Counted from the first letter of the whole stretch, positions 34,473 to 47,783 are shown. The stretch: 63,030 nt of DNA, filler included, from Octopus bimaculoides (GCF_001194135.2; 3 parts of 3 records of this genome joined end to end with filler, not necessarily neighbours in it); one strand, 5' to 3'. Notes: generated by a model from the letters alone, not told the origin. Made by a program: numbers and translations.

Positions 34473-37400
34473 AAAGTTAACCTCAAATTTGACCGTTGAC
34501 CTTTTATAGGTTATCGATTAAAAATTCATACTGGATTCTCAATGGGAAGTATGTTTAATAAATATAATTATTGTGAAAAGTAGTGACAAATTATCAAAAA
34601 TGGCGTACTAAGCAAAACAATTTGAGCTTGAAGGAGAAAATAGAGTGCTGATAATCAAAATAAGCATTTTTATTATTTCAATAATAATGTCTACTTTAAT
34701 TATAACTATTTTTCAGCTTTTCTATGGTCAATGGTGGCAATGCCACTACCAGCACTTAATTGTTGGCATCCCCTTCACCTCAGGGGCCACTCCTGATAGC
34801 TTAGCAGATGAAACCACATGTCCCAACCTCCTGCCCTTGCCTTGCTTTAAATGATTTGGTACTTGTTAATGAGACAATTTTCTTGAAATTATTGTGATAC
34901 ATTTTTCATTTCTTTTTCTGTCGAAGTCTATGTTCTTTGTGTAGTGGTTCTGGGGTCAAATTTAGAAAGGATGTCTAAATAATCCACTTAAAACATCTGA
35001 CTTTCTAGGATACTGAAATAATGATGAGAGTTCTTTAGGTTCAAGGAAGGTGAGTTTTACTTACATAGTTCCTGGGTATGTTTCTAGAACACAGGCTAAC
35101 CACCACTCGCCATCATAAATTGCAGTTACAAACCCTTTTGTGTCCTCAAATTTAATATCTTGCATGGAGATTCTAATTTTATTATAATTATCTATTGTAG
35201 ATATCGCAACTTTTATGTCCCTGGAATCCTGGAATTGTCCTTGCATTTCTAAATCTCTCTCTCAATAGATTTTCCTCATTCTACATTTCATTATTTGAGG
35301 AGTAGATGAAATTAATCCCAGGAATGTTTTGCTGACCATAATCATAAAGTTGTCTTGGAGTCAAGGTTTATTCATTGAAAGGGTGTTGTAAACCTGCCCA
35401 AGCTGCTATTTATTCAATTGTACCTCCTAAACTATCACAAGGTCCCTTGTCATGAGAAGTAGCAAAGAAGTGCCACTCTGCATTTGTTTGGAAATCTATA
35501 GAATGGTAGCATAAATTTATGAAATTCTTCCAATTTTTATATTGTGAAGCAGCACCCTCTGAAAATAGATAGTTGCTCCAAAGAAAATCTATCAGCTTTT
35601 TTTGGAAGAGATGGACTACTGCCATTGGATATAACATTGATGTTAGTCACATCGTTGTTTTGTTTATAATAACAGACAAACGGATCGATAGTGGCTTGGG
35701 CATTGTTCCAATGAAATCCTTGTATAGCATCTCGCAAGATGAATGAATAATTCCCTTAAATATCTGCCAAGACTAAAATTTCTCCTTCACTTAATGATTC
35801 TTTTCTTGAAGTACAAAATTTAGATTGTTCCTTTGCAATGAAATTATGTACTTTAAGTGCTTTAAGCTTCTGACAGAAAATTTCAACAAAAGCATCTTTT
35901 GATTTTGATATATTTTCTAGAATTGTTCTATCTGTTTTTATCCATTGCTTAGACTGTACTTAATTAATCATATTCACATTAAACATTTCATTTATGAATT
36001 TATCATGCTCTTCTAGAAAAGAATTACAATTTGAACAGTTGCACATGTAGCAGTTGTTTGTTGTTGGGTTGCAAGTTATTGATTCCAAACATTGTTTATA
36101 ATCAATCAAGTGAAACTTCATATCCCTGGTTAAATCAGATAGTTTCACACCAAAAATCATTAGTTTGATATTCTGACGAATGCAATACTTGCAAGTATGC
36201 ATTCTTTTTTCCTTAGCTCTGCAAATTTTGAGAATCTAATTTTGATTTCAAGATTTTTTGGCTTAAACAATTGGATACTTTTGCCATCTTTTTTTTACTG
36301 ATTTGTAATCTTTTTTTCCTGGCATAACTCTGCTTACTTCATTATTATAAAACTGAGAAACACAATTGGCAGTTTCTTGAGAAAATGTGCTTTTTCTATG
36401 GCTAAGATGTGATGAAATCCCTTGCTCATTGACCAGCCTTTTAGCTTATCTAGCCATGTAATCAGGAACATTGAATTCCTTTCGGATTTTTCTCAGAGAC
36501 CAGCTTTTTAGCAGAATTGCTAAAATTTGCAATTTTTCTGATCTTTTTTCTGTTATTGTAAATTTTTATTTGATTATTTCACTTTCACCAACTTCTGTTC
36601 TAGGTGAAATGATTTGCATCTTTTGAGCAAAAGCATTTTCAATTTTTTTTCTTTTTTTCTCAGCATACATGAAGGTATTTATTGGAGATTCTCCAATTTC
36701 AGAGAGATCATTGCTGAGGATCTCTAATTCTGAATTTTCTTCTACAAAAACATCTGTCAATGATGAAGTCATTTCAGTGGTAATTGATGTATCATCTCTT
36801 GTATCTTCTGATGATGGTTCAATTTGAGATGTGGGCAAAGTTTTTTCTGCATGAGTCACATATTTTTTGTCCATGAAATAGGCTTGTTTTAGGATATTTT
36901 ATTGCAAAATCTGCATTATTGTTCTTTCTCACAGGTGCTTTATGCTTTTTAAATGGGTCACAACACTTTTCTTGCTTAGCTAAAAATTTTTCTTTTACAT
37001 CCATCTCTAACCAGGAATTAACTAAAATGGTCATATATATCTAATCTGAAAGAAAATAAGAATTAAGTAATTTAATTAAGCTGTATAACATGAACCAGGA
37101 ATTAACTAATATGGTCATATATATCTTATTTGAAAAAAAAAAAGAATCTAGTAATTTAATTAGGCTGTATAACATGAACCATAGTTTATAGAAAACCTTA
37201 TAACTACAGTTCCCACTGATATCCCAGTATGAAGTTTTGTATATGAGTTGTAACTAAGTTGGGCAATATTTGGACAAAATTTCAAAAACATCGATAACCA
37301 GGTCTTTCGACCTATAAAAGATCAAAGGTCAAATTAGAGGTCAACTTTTATATTTTTATTGTAAGGAAAAAATTCACTAAACAAAAGCTGTAGATCCATT

Positions 37401-37649
37401 TAAATGCTTAAAAAAAAAAAAGTTGAGCTTTCTAGCTCAAATAGTAGCTAAGATAAAGACTTCACAAAGTTATTGAGTAACCGAAAAAATGTCACTTTTT
37501 TGAAAATTTCAAATGGTCATAACTTAGAGTCAGGTAAAAAATATTTCATATTTAAAGGTTACATATGAAGGCCATTTAGCATGCAAAATTTGAAAGAAAT
37601 CAGTTTTGGTCACCTTCAGCACCTGCGTTGATTTCACATGGAATGACCC
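34473..37649 (-). mobile_element. Large DDE DNA transposon, Sola2-like, with long TIRs (left TIR truncated)
   Basis: Fragments CCDPFKKH...ICDSCRK, GFHWNNAQAT.DPFV.YY, FSEGAASQYKN.KNF.NL...AEWHFFATSHDKGPCD; terminus GGGTCATTCCATGTGAAATC; aaagtt.acctc.aatttgacc.ttga.cttttatagg inverted at 34473 and ~37310-37350. Superfamily assignment is from motif memory. Confidence 0.65.
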
Positions 37650-37791
37650 AAATACAGTAATGTAGAAATTGAATGTAACAAAAAAGAATTATTAAATTTT
37701 AAAAAAATTTTAGGCTTTCAGTTATTGTGGGATCAAATAATAAAGCAGTTAATTTCTTAGATGTCTCTTTTGATTTAAACATCAGTTTATA

Positions 37792-39092
37792 CAAGGTGTG
37801 TAAGGTATTTGAGGACATACCTTTTTGGGTTTATTGCTTCATTTTTTGCTAACTCTGTATAATCTTTGTTTTGGAAAATGATAATGGCAGAACCTCAGCT
37901 TACTCAAGAAATGAACAGGCATACTGTTACTGTGGTTATAAAGCCTGAGCATAGAAATATCTTGAGATTTAAAAGTTGCCAGATCTTTGATCTACGAAGT
38001 TTGTAAAGAGCTAGAGACTGAAAATGGAAATGTATCACCAGTATCAAAGCATAAAACGCATTCTAAACACTCGGAAATCATCAGAACACCTGAATTTATC
38101 CAGCAAATTCAACAGACCATTGATTACAATCCCTGAAAGTCCATGAGGTCAATTGCAAAAGATCTCCATGTGTCAGAAGAAACAGTCAGAAATGTTGTCC
38201 ATGAAGACGTCAGATATAAGTCTTATATGATGAGGAAAGGTCAATTTGTCAGAAAAAGCAACAGAAAATCACCACATCAGATCTAAAATGCTCTTAAACA
38301 AGCTGAAAAATCCAGTAGAAGAAGATTTGATTTGGTTTTTCTCAAACGAGAAAACTTTCAACCAAGACCAAAAAGTTAACAGAAGAAATGACAGATGGTT
38401 ATGTGCAAACCCTTCTGAAGTTCCAAGTGTTATGCATACAAAATTTCCTGCAACCGTCATGGTTTTAGGAGTTGTCAGCAATGAAGGACATGTGATGCCT
38501 CCTTTCTTCTTTCCACAAGGCCTTAGAGTTAACTCTGCTGCTTACATTGAGGTCCTGGAAATAATTGTTAAGCCCTGTATAGACAGTGTATGCAATGGAA
38601 GGCAATATATGTTTCAGTAAGACTCTGCACTATCACACATAGCTCTAGTAACACAGGAATGGATGGCTGAAGATTTTCTTGATCATATAACCCCTAACAT
38701 TTGGCCTCTTAATACCCCAGATCTCAATCCATTGGAGCATTGTTGCGAGAGTGGTCAATGAACATATCTATAACACCAAAGGTTCTATGAAAGCTGCTAT
38801 AGTCAGAGTAATATCCAAAATGAACCAGGACCACTTGATGCGAGCATGTAGATGATTTAGAGCTCATACAGAAGCAGCTGTTGAAGCTGATTTTATTTAT
38901 TTATGTGTTTCAGCCAAGTGGCTGCGGTCATGCTGGTGCACCACCGTGATGGTGACTTTATTGAATAACATTATAGAAAAGAAGGTTTATTTTTATCCTC
39001 TTAGCATTTTTTGATAAATAAAGTTATTATCTGTTATTATATATGTTTTTTTTATAAACATAAATCTGTCCTCAAATATCTTACACACCCTG
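37792..39092 (+). mobile_element. Full-length 1301-bp Tc1/mariner-superfamily DD37D (maT-like) element, pseudogenised
   Basis: TA|CAAGGTGTGTAAGGTATTTGAGGACA and TGTCCTCAAATATCTTACACACCCTG|TA; WFFSNEKTF.QDQKVNRRNDRW, VMVLGVVSNEG, FQ*DSA, WP.N.PDLNPLE. Confidence 0.88.
38891..38949 (-). mobile_element. Second copy of the ~60-bp mini-element, inside the DD37D ORF end
   Basis: Interrupts gaagctga|tggtgactttattgaataa (EADGDFIE*); 55 bp identical to 25829-25883. Confidence 0.85.
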
Positions 39093-39953
39093 TATATACC
39101 ATGTCACAAAGGTCTTCAGTGCATATACAAAAAATCAAATCATCCATGTACAATAATAAATTCAATTCTAAATAGCATTTCATAATATATTTCTAAAATT
39201 TCGGTTAACAAAGATATTTTTCCTGTCATACTAACTACTATAATTCAGCTCTTTCCTGAGTGGATATAAAAATAATAAAGTTGATAATAATATATATAAA
39301 TGTAATAATATTAATAATTATTATAATAGCCCTACTAATAAATATTTTGTTAAGAAAAATAATAGATATCACAAATCTCATAAATCATTTCACAGAAAAG
39401 TCATATGATACAATGTTCCATTTAGTAGTCATGTATCTACTAAAATACCTTTTCTATTTTTTTCAATTATTAGAAAAACATTTCTAATAAATACCACAAA
39501 GTATTCAAGAAACACATAATAAGATTCTCCTATTCCACAGTGCCTAACTTAGATGATATTGTATCTTTAAATTATAAAACCTTAATAACATTAAGTATAA
39601 ATATAATCCTAATAATGATAACAATAATCAAAATAATATCAATATAACTTCTAATCATACTACTACTACCACTACCACTACTGCTACTACTACTACTACT
39701 ACTACTACCACTGCTGCTGCTGCTACCACCAGTAATAGTAGTAGCTGTAGTGGTTATAATAATACCATTATAACCATGACAATAATTATGATAATGATAA
39801 CAAAAATAATAACAATAATTATCTTAATAATCATATAATCATAATTTCATCAGCAATAACATAAGACCAAATGCAATGAGTTATGTAATTTTTAAATAAA
39901 ATTGTCATGTCCTTTAAATAGTAAATGTCTTCTGGAAAACTGTCCATACTCAC

Positions 39954-39984
39954 CAAAGAACAAACCAATATATAGGTACCACAT
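39954..39984 (-). CDS. Candidate 31-nt exon of an unidentified host gene
   Basis: Acceptor tttaaatttttgtag, donor TTG|gtgagt; all three frames open (MWYLYIGLFF or VVPIYWFVL). Confidence 0.4.
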
Positions 39985-40005
39985 CTACAAAAATTTAAAC
40001 TAAGG

Positions 40006-42904
40006 CAGGTGTCGGCAACCTTTTGATAATGGAGTGCCAAACTTAGCTTCCAAAAGCATTGCACATGCCAGCCTCATATTACTACTTTTATTTGTAGAGT
40101 TTATACTTTTGAAACTCGCTATAGCAGAAATCTATTTTATTAATCCTTTAATAATTCAAATTGCATGGAGACAAATATAATTTTATTCTAAAAATTAATT
40201 TAAAAAAATTTTCAAATTATAAACAAGTTATATACAACAGTTACATTTAATTTCTATAAATTAATGAGAACCTTGTCCCTGTACATTTTTGTTTAATTTC
40301 TCAATATCAGGTGCATAATTTGTGACTTTTAGCTTCCGAATGTTTTAGCAAGCTTCCGATTGTTGAATTGTCAGACAACTTCTTTGTGAATTCAAAACAA
40401 ATTTTATATGTAAAAAAATTTGTTCGCATGCACATGTTGAGCCAAAGACTGAAAGCAGAGCACATGAGATTTTTTTCAAAGAATTGAATCTATCAGGCAA
40501 CAACATCCAGCAATTGAAGATAGCAACAGACTTCTCCAAGCAGCTTCTTTGAAGAGTTTTTCGTAATTCCACAAATGTTGTTTTCCACAATTCTGATGTT
40601 GTTAATTCAATCATTTCCATTTCAAAACTATTGATGTGCATCCACTCATAAAGTGATAGATCAAATGGGCTCCTTTTCAAATCAATCAAGTCAGGTTTGA
40701 CGAGAATAGAAAATATAGGAGCGTAAGTTTCGAAATCTTTACCTCACTTGGAAAATTCTTCTTTCAACGTTGCAATATATTTTTGAAGTTCATTTTTATT
40801 AACATTAAATTGATTTGAATAAACTTTTACATTTGGATAGGTATTTGTAAGTATTGCTAAGTATATCCTTTCCAATATTCAAAAAGATTCAAGTACTGTT
40901 TGATCGCTCCTTTGTAAATGCAAATTTAAATCATTGAAGTGTTTGCTTATGTCAGTTAGAAACATCAGTTTAAATAACCAGTCCTCATTGTTCAATTCTG
41001 GGAAATGTTTCTCTTCAAAAAATATTTTGATTTCTTCAAAACATAACCCTGACTAAGCCAACAGACATTGCTGTGTAGTGGGAGGTCTGCATATTTACTG
41101 TCAAATTCTTGCAGAAGGGACTTAAATTGTCTGTGAGTCAGTGAAGAACGAGAGACTATAAAGTTAACTATTTTAACAAATCTCCATGACAGAACTCAAG
41201 CTTTGTGACAAAATTTTTGCAACTATATTTTCCTTATGTATAATGCAATTAAAACTCATCACATTGCATCCAATATGATTTTCAAGAACCTTAACAAATC
41301 ATGCACTAGCAATGGTAATACAAAATATTTTATTTATATTAATTGACTTAATTTTCGAAATAATTTACAAATGCAGTCAGAATGTCCTGTCCTGTAGTTG
41401 TATTAGTAAGAGGAATCAAGCAACATAGTTCTTCATAAATACGATCATTGTCACAATATCTTGCAACAATTGCTAGGTGCACCATGTCATTCACATCAGT
41501 ACTTTCATTGATAGTGACATTGAATTCAGCAGCTTTTTGTAATCCAACTTTTTGCTTTGTCGTTCTGTTTTCCGCTATATCTGTTATACATCTCTCAGTT
41601 GATCTTGCAGAAGCTGGTATTTCTTGAATTCAAGACAGTATTGTTTCAGCATTTGGTAAATCACTGAACAAAATTCTAGCACTTCTCAGAAAAGCTTTTT
41701 TGATAAATTCTCCATCTGTAAAAGGTTTACCTTTCTCAGCTATACATTGAGCAATTATGTAACTACATTTGTTGGCTTTATTTTTAGTTCCAAGCATTTG
41801 AACAAAAAGTGCTTTTTTGTAATTAGAAACAGCACTTTTTTATGCTGTCACTTTTCTCATCAGAGTTTTTAAATGTAGTCTGGGGTTTAATTTGATAGTG
41901 TCTTTGTACACTTGATGTATGACATACAACAAATTCACAGCAGAATGCACACACAGATCAATCATTCTGTTGTACTCAGTTCTCCAGAAATCTTGAAATG
42001 AACAAACGTCAAACATCTTGGGGTACTGTGTATTGATAATAATTGATATTAACAGGTGTATAAACCCTTAAACCAGATTCTACAAGTAAAAATAAAAATA
42101 ACTAAATGAAAATAATTAGAATAAAATAAATAGTAAAATTAATTTTTTTTTTAAATGAAATAAATTTAATGAATAAATTTTTGTAATAATAAAAATAATT
42201 AGATTAAAATATATGGTAAGAATAAACAGAGAAAAAGAAATACACTAAAAAAATCAGACAACTTGACTTAAAGAAATTGAAACCAAAGAAAATAAGTATA
42301 ATTTTTGACTTTTCATGTTTGTTTGTCTTTGAAAACCCTTCTTACTACTACTTTTTCTTTCCATTTAATATAAAACTGGCATCAAAATGAGATAATAATT
42401 TTAAAAGAATCTACTTATAGATGACCTGCAAAGTAGGAGCCCATTTTTAAGGGTGTCTTTATTTACACTCGCTGCTGTAAGGTGGTTAACTAATTTTAAC
42501 ATATGATCTACACTGCTAAATATACAACTAGTTTAAAAAAATAGGGATTTACAACTCTAACTCCTTGCTTAAGTAATAAAGTACATATAAATGCTTTCAG
42601 TGTCAGCTTACAAACAACAAGTTAATTGTGCTAACATAATTTGGTATCATCAAAATTATTTGTGTTCAGTAGTACTATATTTTTAAGGAAATGTATTACT
42701 ACCAAATACAGCTAACTTCAGATAGTTTAGGTTAGAATAGATGGATCATAAAAAAAGACATGTAACGATGTAATTTAATTATGATGATGTCGCTTCCTGA
42801 AATATAGTTAATTTACGTTTATTTTTTGCCAAGAGGCATGTGTGCCATTGTGAATTGGTCCGCATGCCATACATCACACGCATGCTATAGGTTGCTGACG
42901 CCTG
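40006..42904 (-). mobile_element. Full-length hAT transposon (Buster/Charlie/SPIN type, GTF2IRD2-like transposase), pseudogenised
   Basis: 15-bp TIR CAGGTGTCGGCAACC / GGTTGCTGACGCCTG; perfect 8-bp TSD AACTAAGG (39998-40005, 42905-42912; NNNTANNN); ELIDL...SVFGSTCACEQIF..IKFVLNSQRS dimerisation-type C-terminus. Confidence 0.93.
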
Positions 42905-42959
42905 AACTAAGGTGTTATAACCGCATTTATTTCAAATATAAAAGAAAAAAACTAACAAT

Positions 42960-43150
42960 ACATGCTTGGTCACTCTTATTTGGGAGTTAAAAGGTAAAAA
43001 TATAAATTACACACTCTCTTCATATATTATTAAAAATGCTACTTCCTATAAACCAGGTAGTAAATTCTACAATTTATGTTTACTGGAAAGTATGGAGACA
43101 TTAAATTTCAAAAATAATTGTATTAACAAGCACAAAGAAGCATTTATCTG
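42960..43150 (+). mobile_element. Penelope-like GIY-YIG C-terminal fragment
   Basis: LIWELKGKNINYTLSSYIIKNATSYKPGSKFYNLCLLE. Confidence 0.75.
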
Positions 43151-43324
43151 ATACATACATAAAAAATACAGCATCATTTCAATACTTCAAAATTTCACAA
43201 TAAAGCTATTACTGTAATTTATAATTTACCTTACTAACCATAACTGTAACAGCTATTAGTATTATTTATATATCAATGTGTATGCTGTGTATATGCGAGT
43301 ATGTACATAAGGTTTGTGTGTATA

Positions 43325-43725
43325 TATATGTATATCTTTTATTTATTACTTGCTTCAGTCATTAGACTGTAGCCATGCTGGGGCACCGCCTTGAAGAATT
43401 TTTAGCCAAATGTATCAACCCCAGTACTTATTTTTTTAAACCTGGTAATTATTCTATCAATCTCTTTTGTTGAACCATGATGTTACGGGGATGTAAACAC
43501 ACTAACACTTGTTATCAGGCAGTAGTTAGGGGACAAACATGGGCACAAATACACACACATACAAGCTTCTTTCAGTTTCTATCTACCAAATCCACTCACA
43601 AGGCTTTGGTTGGCCCAAAGCTATAGTAGAAGACACTTGCCCAAGATGTCATGCAGTGTGCCTGAACTTTCAAACCATGTAGCTGGGAAGCAAGCTTTTT
43701 ACCGCACAGTCACATTTACACCTAT
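43325..43725 (-). mobile_element. SINE family A, near full length, decayed
   Basis: Reverse complement of the family A tail, body and head. Confidence 0.85.
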
Positions 43726-44179
43726 CCACACAGCCACATATGTATGGATGTGTGTATATATATATGTGTGTGTATGTATGTATATGTATGTGTATATATA
43801 TGTGTGTGTAAGTATATATATGCGTGTAGGTATAGGTATGTATATATGTAGTGTATATGTTTGTGTGCATATATATACATATATATATTCATGAAGGTAT
43901 ATGTGTGTATATAATTTTTGTGTTTGTGTATGCTGTGATATATACTTGTGTGTGTGTGTATAGATAAAAAAAAGTTGAAAATACATTGGGATTTGTTCAG
44001 ATTTTTTATTTTTGAATTTTCAAAATCTTAACTGGTTTCACAGATTTCTCTGATTTTCAAAAGTTGAGATATACAGCTATGCTGCAACTGTCTTGCTTCT
44101 GATTGCAGTCCAAAAATTCTCTTGTTTTTATAGAGAGGACATGACTCAAATTAGTATCTGTTCTGAATGATTTTCTTGG

Positions 44180-44530
44180 CTGAGGGTGATTGCATGATTA
44201 GGTTTAAAATTTTTTGTAAGTTCCCCACTATGTCCATTCTGCAATGTCACGTGACAATATGTTTGCTGTTATGGTTGAATGAACATGTCTAGTAACAGTC
44301 CCAAACAATCAAGGATCTCTGAATATAATCTGTCAAGTGTCATAGAGGATGATCACATGATTAGCCTTAGAAATTTTTGTAGGTTCCCTGCTACATTTGT
44401 GCATTAATATCATGTGGTAATATTTGTTTGTGCTGTAAATTAAGGTTGACATGGTTGAGAGAGATCATGTCTGGTGATAGTCCCAAACAATCAAGGCTTT
44501 TAAAATTTAATCTGCCAAGTGGTAGAGGGG
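44180..44530. repeat. Diverged tandem duplication, ~165-185-bp unit
   Basis: gagg.tgat..catgattag..tt..aa.tttttgta.gttccc and catgtct.gt.a.agtcccaaacaatcaagg each occur twice. Confidence 0.75.
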
Positions 44531-44610
44531 ACACGAGTTGTTTCTATGTAGCCCAGTGGTTGAATAATTATGCACACAAGCATCAAATTTTGTTCTCCAC
44601 TAAATTTGTG

Positions 44611-46422
44611 GGTATTAGGACAAAATCCCCCAGGATATTATTCATTCTTTACAATAAAAATATTTTAAGAAAGTGAAATTTTATTAAAAAATTTTAAATA
44701 TTAGTTGATATTTTTGTGTAAAATTTAGGAATAGATAATAATAGGTGAGAAACATCATATGAAAATGCCAAACATTTATTTAAAATGCTAAATTAAATGC
44801 AATGCCTCTAAGAAAATCTAAATATGTTGTTTCTTGGTATTTTTGCACAACTGATAAAATTCATGATGCTGCATCCTTATATTTCTTTCTTGGTGGTTCA
44901 GTACCGATACCAGCAATAATCTGAGTCATTGGAACAGTTTGAAAGTTAACTTCTTATCCTAAGATACTCATAAAATTCTCATCCTAAAATACTCCCATCC
45001 AGTCATCTGGATGGGAGCACCCGGCAAATGATACAAAGCACCGGTGCCTTCCTTTGACAGAATTGTTCAGTGTTTGTTCTTGCATGCTTATTCCAAAGAG
45101 ATATGCTAAATGTTGGTTCTTGGCGTCCTCATTGACATGACCTGCTGATATAAGTATCTTCGAAGTAATCCAAAACTGGCAAAGTCTCTTCTGGCATAAT
45201 ATCATAAAGCTCTTCAAAAGGTGCCTAAATATATTCAGGAGGTATAAAGACAAGGGCTGCTACCATCCTCATTTTAAGAGAAAATTCAGTATTGTCTTGA
45301 TAATACTTTTGAAAGCTGAAATCCTGTATTCTCCTATATATATTTTGACACAAATGAAAGCAGCAACCTTTAATGTCAGTTTCAGGAAAATGCACAAATA
45401 AAGCATTCAGATTTGCTTTTTCAAAATCTATCATTGCACTCATAAGAGTGGAATTTGTAAAGTTCTTTACTTCCTGTATTAATTTGTTATAAGTTATCTG
45501 AGTCATATCCGGCTAGAGTGTGTAGATGTGGAGTATAGTGTATCAATCTACTACAGCATGAATCGTATACAACTGGCTAAAAATTTCAAGAACTACTTTA
45601 AATGTTCTACCAAAGCACCAGTGAGAAGAAGTTTTTCGAAATTCTATGCTTTTAGCCATTCTAAATATCAAAATCCTCTAACCATCAAACATTGAATCAT
45701 GCAGCAAAAAATTTTCCCCATTGGCTGCTTTTACAGTTGTCAGGTATAATAAGATTTTGAGCACATGATGGCAATGGTAAATGGTTCCTTTTCTTCTGTT
45801 AATAGTGTCTTACATCCCATCGAAGGATATGGAGAGAAGGTATTTTTGTAGCTACCTCTTCCAATACACATGTACCAGCTTTGGCAATGATTTTTTATAT
45901 AGTCTCTTCAGTTTCTGTTTCACATTTTTTAATTTCTTGAAACACATTTGCAGTTTCCCACTTCAGTGTGTCTAGTGCATGGGTGTGACTTTATAATCGT
46001 TCAATAATCTCACCTTACCACGTTTTTACCTTTGCTTTACATGTTGCTTTAGACCCCCGCCATTCACATTCGTAAGATACTACACCATTTGCCAAATCTT
46101 ACTGCTTTTCGTAAATATATCCTTTATGAAATAATTTCAACTTTCCTTTGTTACTCTTCACAAGCTCCATTTTCTATGGGTGGATGTTAAGTGGGTTTAT
46201 ATGAAAAAATTCTTCTCGCCTTGAGGACAACTGTATAAGCTGTAAAAAAATAAATAAAACAAGCAAGCAACTGTACTACTATTTTAATAAGAAGTTAAAA
46301 AAAAGAAAAACAAGGCAATTCATCAGTTATAACAAACAAGGTAATTCATCAATTCATCAATATTAACCACTGGGGGATTTTGTCCAAGGGCCTTTTTGTT
46401 TAGGGGGATTTTGTCCTGATAC
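44611..46422 (-). mobile_element. Mutator-like (MULE) transposon with FLYWCH-type N-terminus, internally deleted
   Basis: TIR GGTAT(T/C)AGGACAAAATCCCCC at both ends; 9-bp TSD AAATTTGTG/AAATTTCTG; MIDFEKA..NA....FP...IKGCCFHLCQNIYRRIQ; N-terminal MELV.SNKG...HKGYIY....YECEWRG..TCKAK. Confidence 0.9.
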
Positions 46423-46849
46423 CAAATTTCTGTGTTATTGTCATATGGTGAAAAGTAATAATTATGTCCAAAGTTTAGTTTATCAGCTGTATAAATGCAA
46501 CATGTCAGGTGGTAGAATGAGTTTGTGTGTGAATAGTTGTTGGTGAATGTAGTTTGTTAAAGTTTATTCAGTCATGGTTTGTATTTTTGTATGAATATAT
46601 TTTCTTTGTTTGTCCATACTTGCTCTGTGGTATTGACTGAACAAAGGAAAAGTGGGAAGACTTGGAATATGGGAGACTTATTTTTTGTACATATGTCTGT
46701 CTGCTCAGTGGGATTTGTCTAGCACTGGGGATGAATGTATTTGAATTTGAATCTTTATGAATTGTTAGTCTATTTCTGCGAGTGAGTTTTGTTTAACCTA
46801 TATAATCCCTGTTATATTCTTTACATTTAATAGTATATATTAAATTTTT

Positions 46850-47420
46850 TGACTAGCAGGTGAAATGATTTTCTATGGTAAAATGCTGGTTGGTTTTGTG
46901 TCAGGAAGAAGTACTGCTGATGCCGTCTTTCTACTAAGACAACTTCAGAAGTATTTAGCAAAACCATTGTACTTAGCATTCATTAACCTGGAGAAAGCCT
47001 TCGACTAAGTCCCTTGTTCTGTGATTTGGTGGTCCCTGAAGAAGCTAGAAAATGAATGTATTTGAGAACCTTGCAGGTCATGTTTGTAAGGTGAGAATTA
47101 CCCACAAATACTGTAATGAATTTAAAGTAATAAACGTAAAGTAATAAATTTAAAGTAGTTTACCAGGGTTCAGTAACCAGTCCTCTCCTATTCATTATAG
47201 TCCTACAAGCCATAACAGGAATTTTAAGCTATATTCTGATGACCATGTTCTCAAGTACAACCTGTTGTAGAATTAGAAAAGGAAGTCTATGTATGGAAGC
47301 AAAACCTGGAATCAAAGGGCTTTAGAATTAACTTAGCAAAGACCAAAGCTCCATTCATTAAGAACACAGATAAGATTTTCTTCCTGTCAGGTAAGTACTC
47401 CTGTTCACTTTGAAGGAAAG
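46850..47420 (+). mobile_element. RTE LINE RT fragment, heavily decayed
   Basis: GFVSGRSTADAVFLLRQLQ.YLAKPLYLAFINLEKAFD*VPCSVIWWSL.KL. Confidence 0.85.
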
Positions 47421-47499
47421 GTGTAAACTGGTGTCTTTCAGTCAAGAGGGCATTTACCATCTGCTTGTATTGCAAATCACCTGGTAACGTCACTATTGA

Positions 47500-47641
47500 C
47501 AATGGCACAAAAAAAAGCACCCAGTGCACATGTAAAGCAGTTGGCATTCGAAAAGGCATCCAGTCTAAGCAGACACTGGAGCCTGATACAGCTTTGTGGC
47601 TTGTCAGATCCTTCAACCCATGCCAGCATGGAGAAGAGATG

Positions 47642-47678
<37 letters not shown>

Positions 47679-47680
47679 GT
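47500..47680 (+). mobile_element. RTE-type 3'-tail variant with (GAT)n
   Basis: gaaaaggcatccag...aacccatgccagcatggagaagagatgtttgatgatgat. Confidence 0.7.
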
Positions 47681-47783
47681 GTGTGTGTTTGTGTATAGAA
47701 TGAAAGGGAGAGAAAGACAGACACTGTGAGGAAGAGAGAGAGAGAAATGGCAAGATAGATATATGTATAGAGAGATGATATTA

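Larger units (their letters stand above)
37700..39600 (+). mobile_element. Penelope-like RT/thumb/linker remnant split by the DD37D insertion
   Basis: NNKAVNFLDVSFDL before 37790; ..K.SNHP after 39093; YNVPFSSHVSTKI..FFQLLEKHF at ~39400-39480. Confidence 0.6.
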
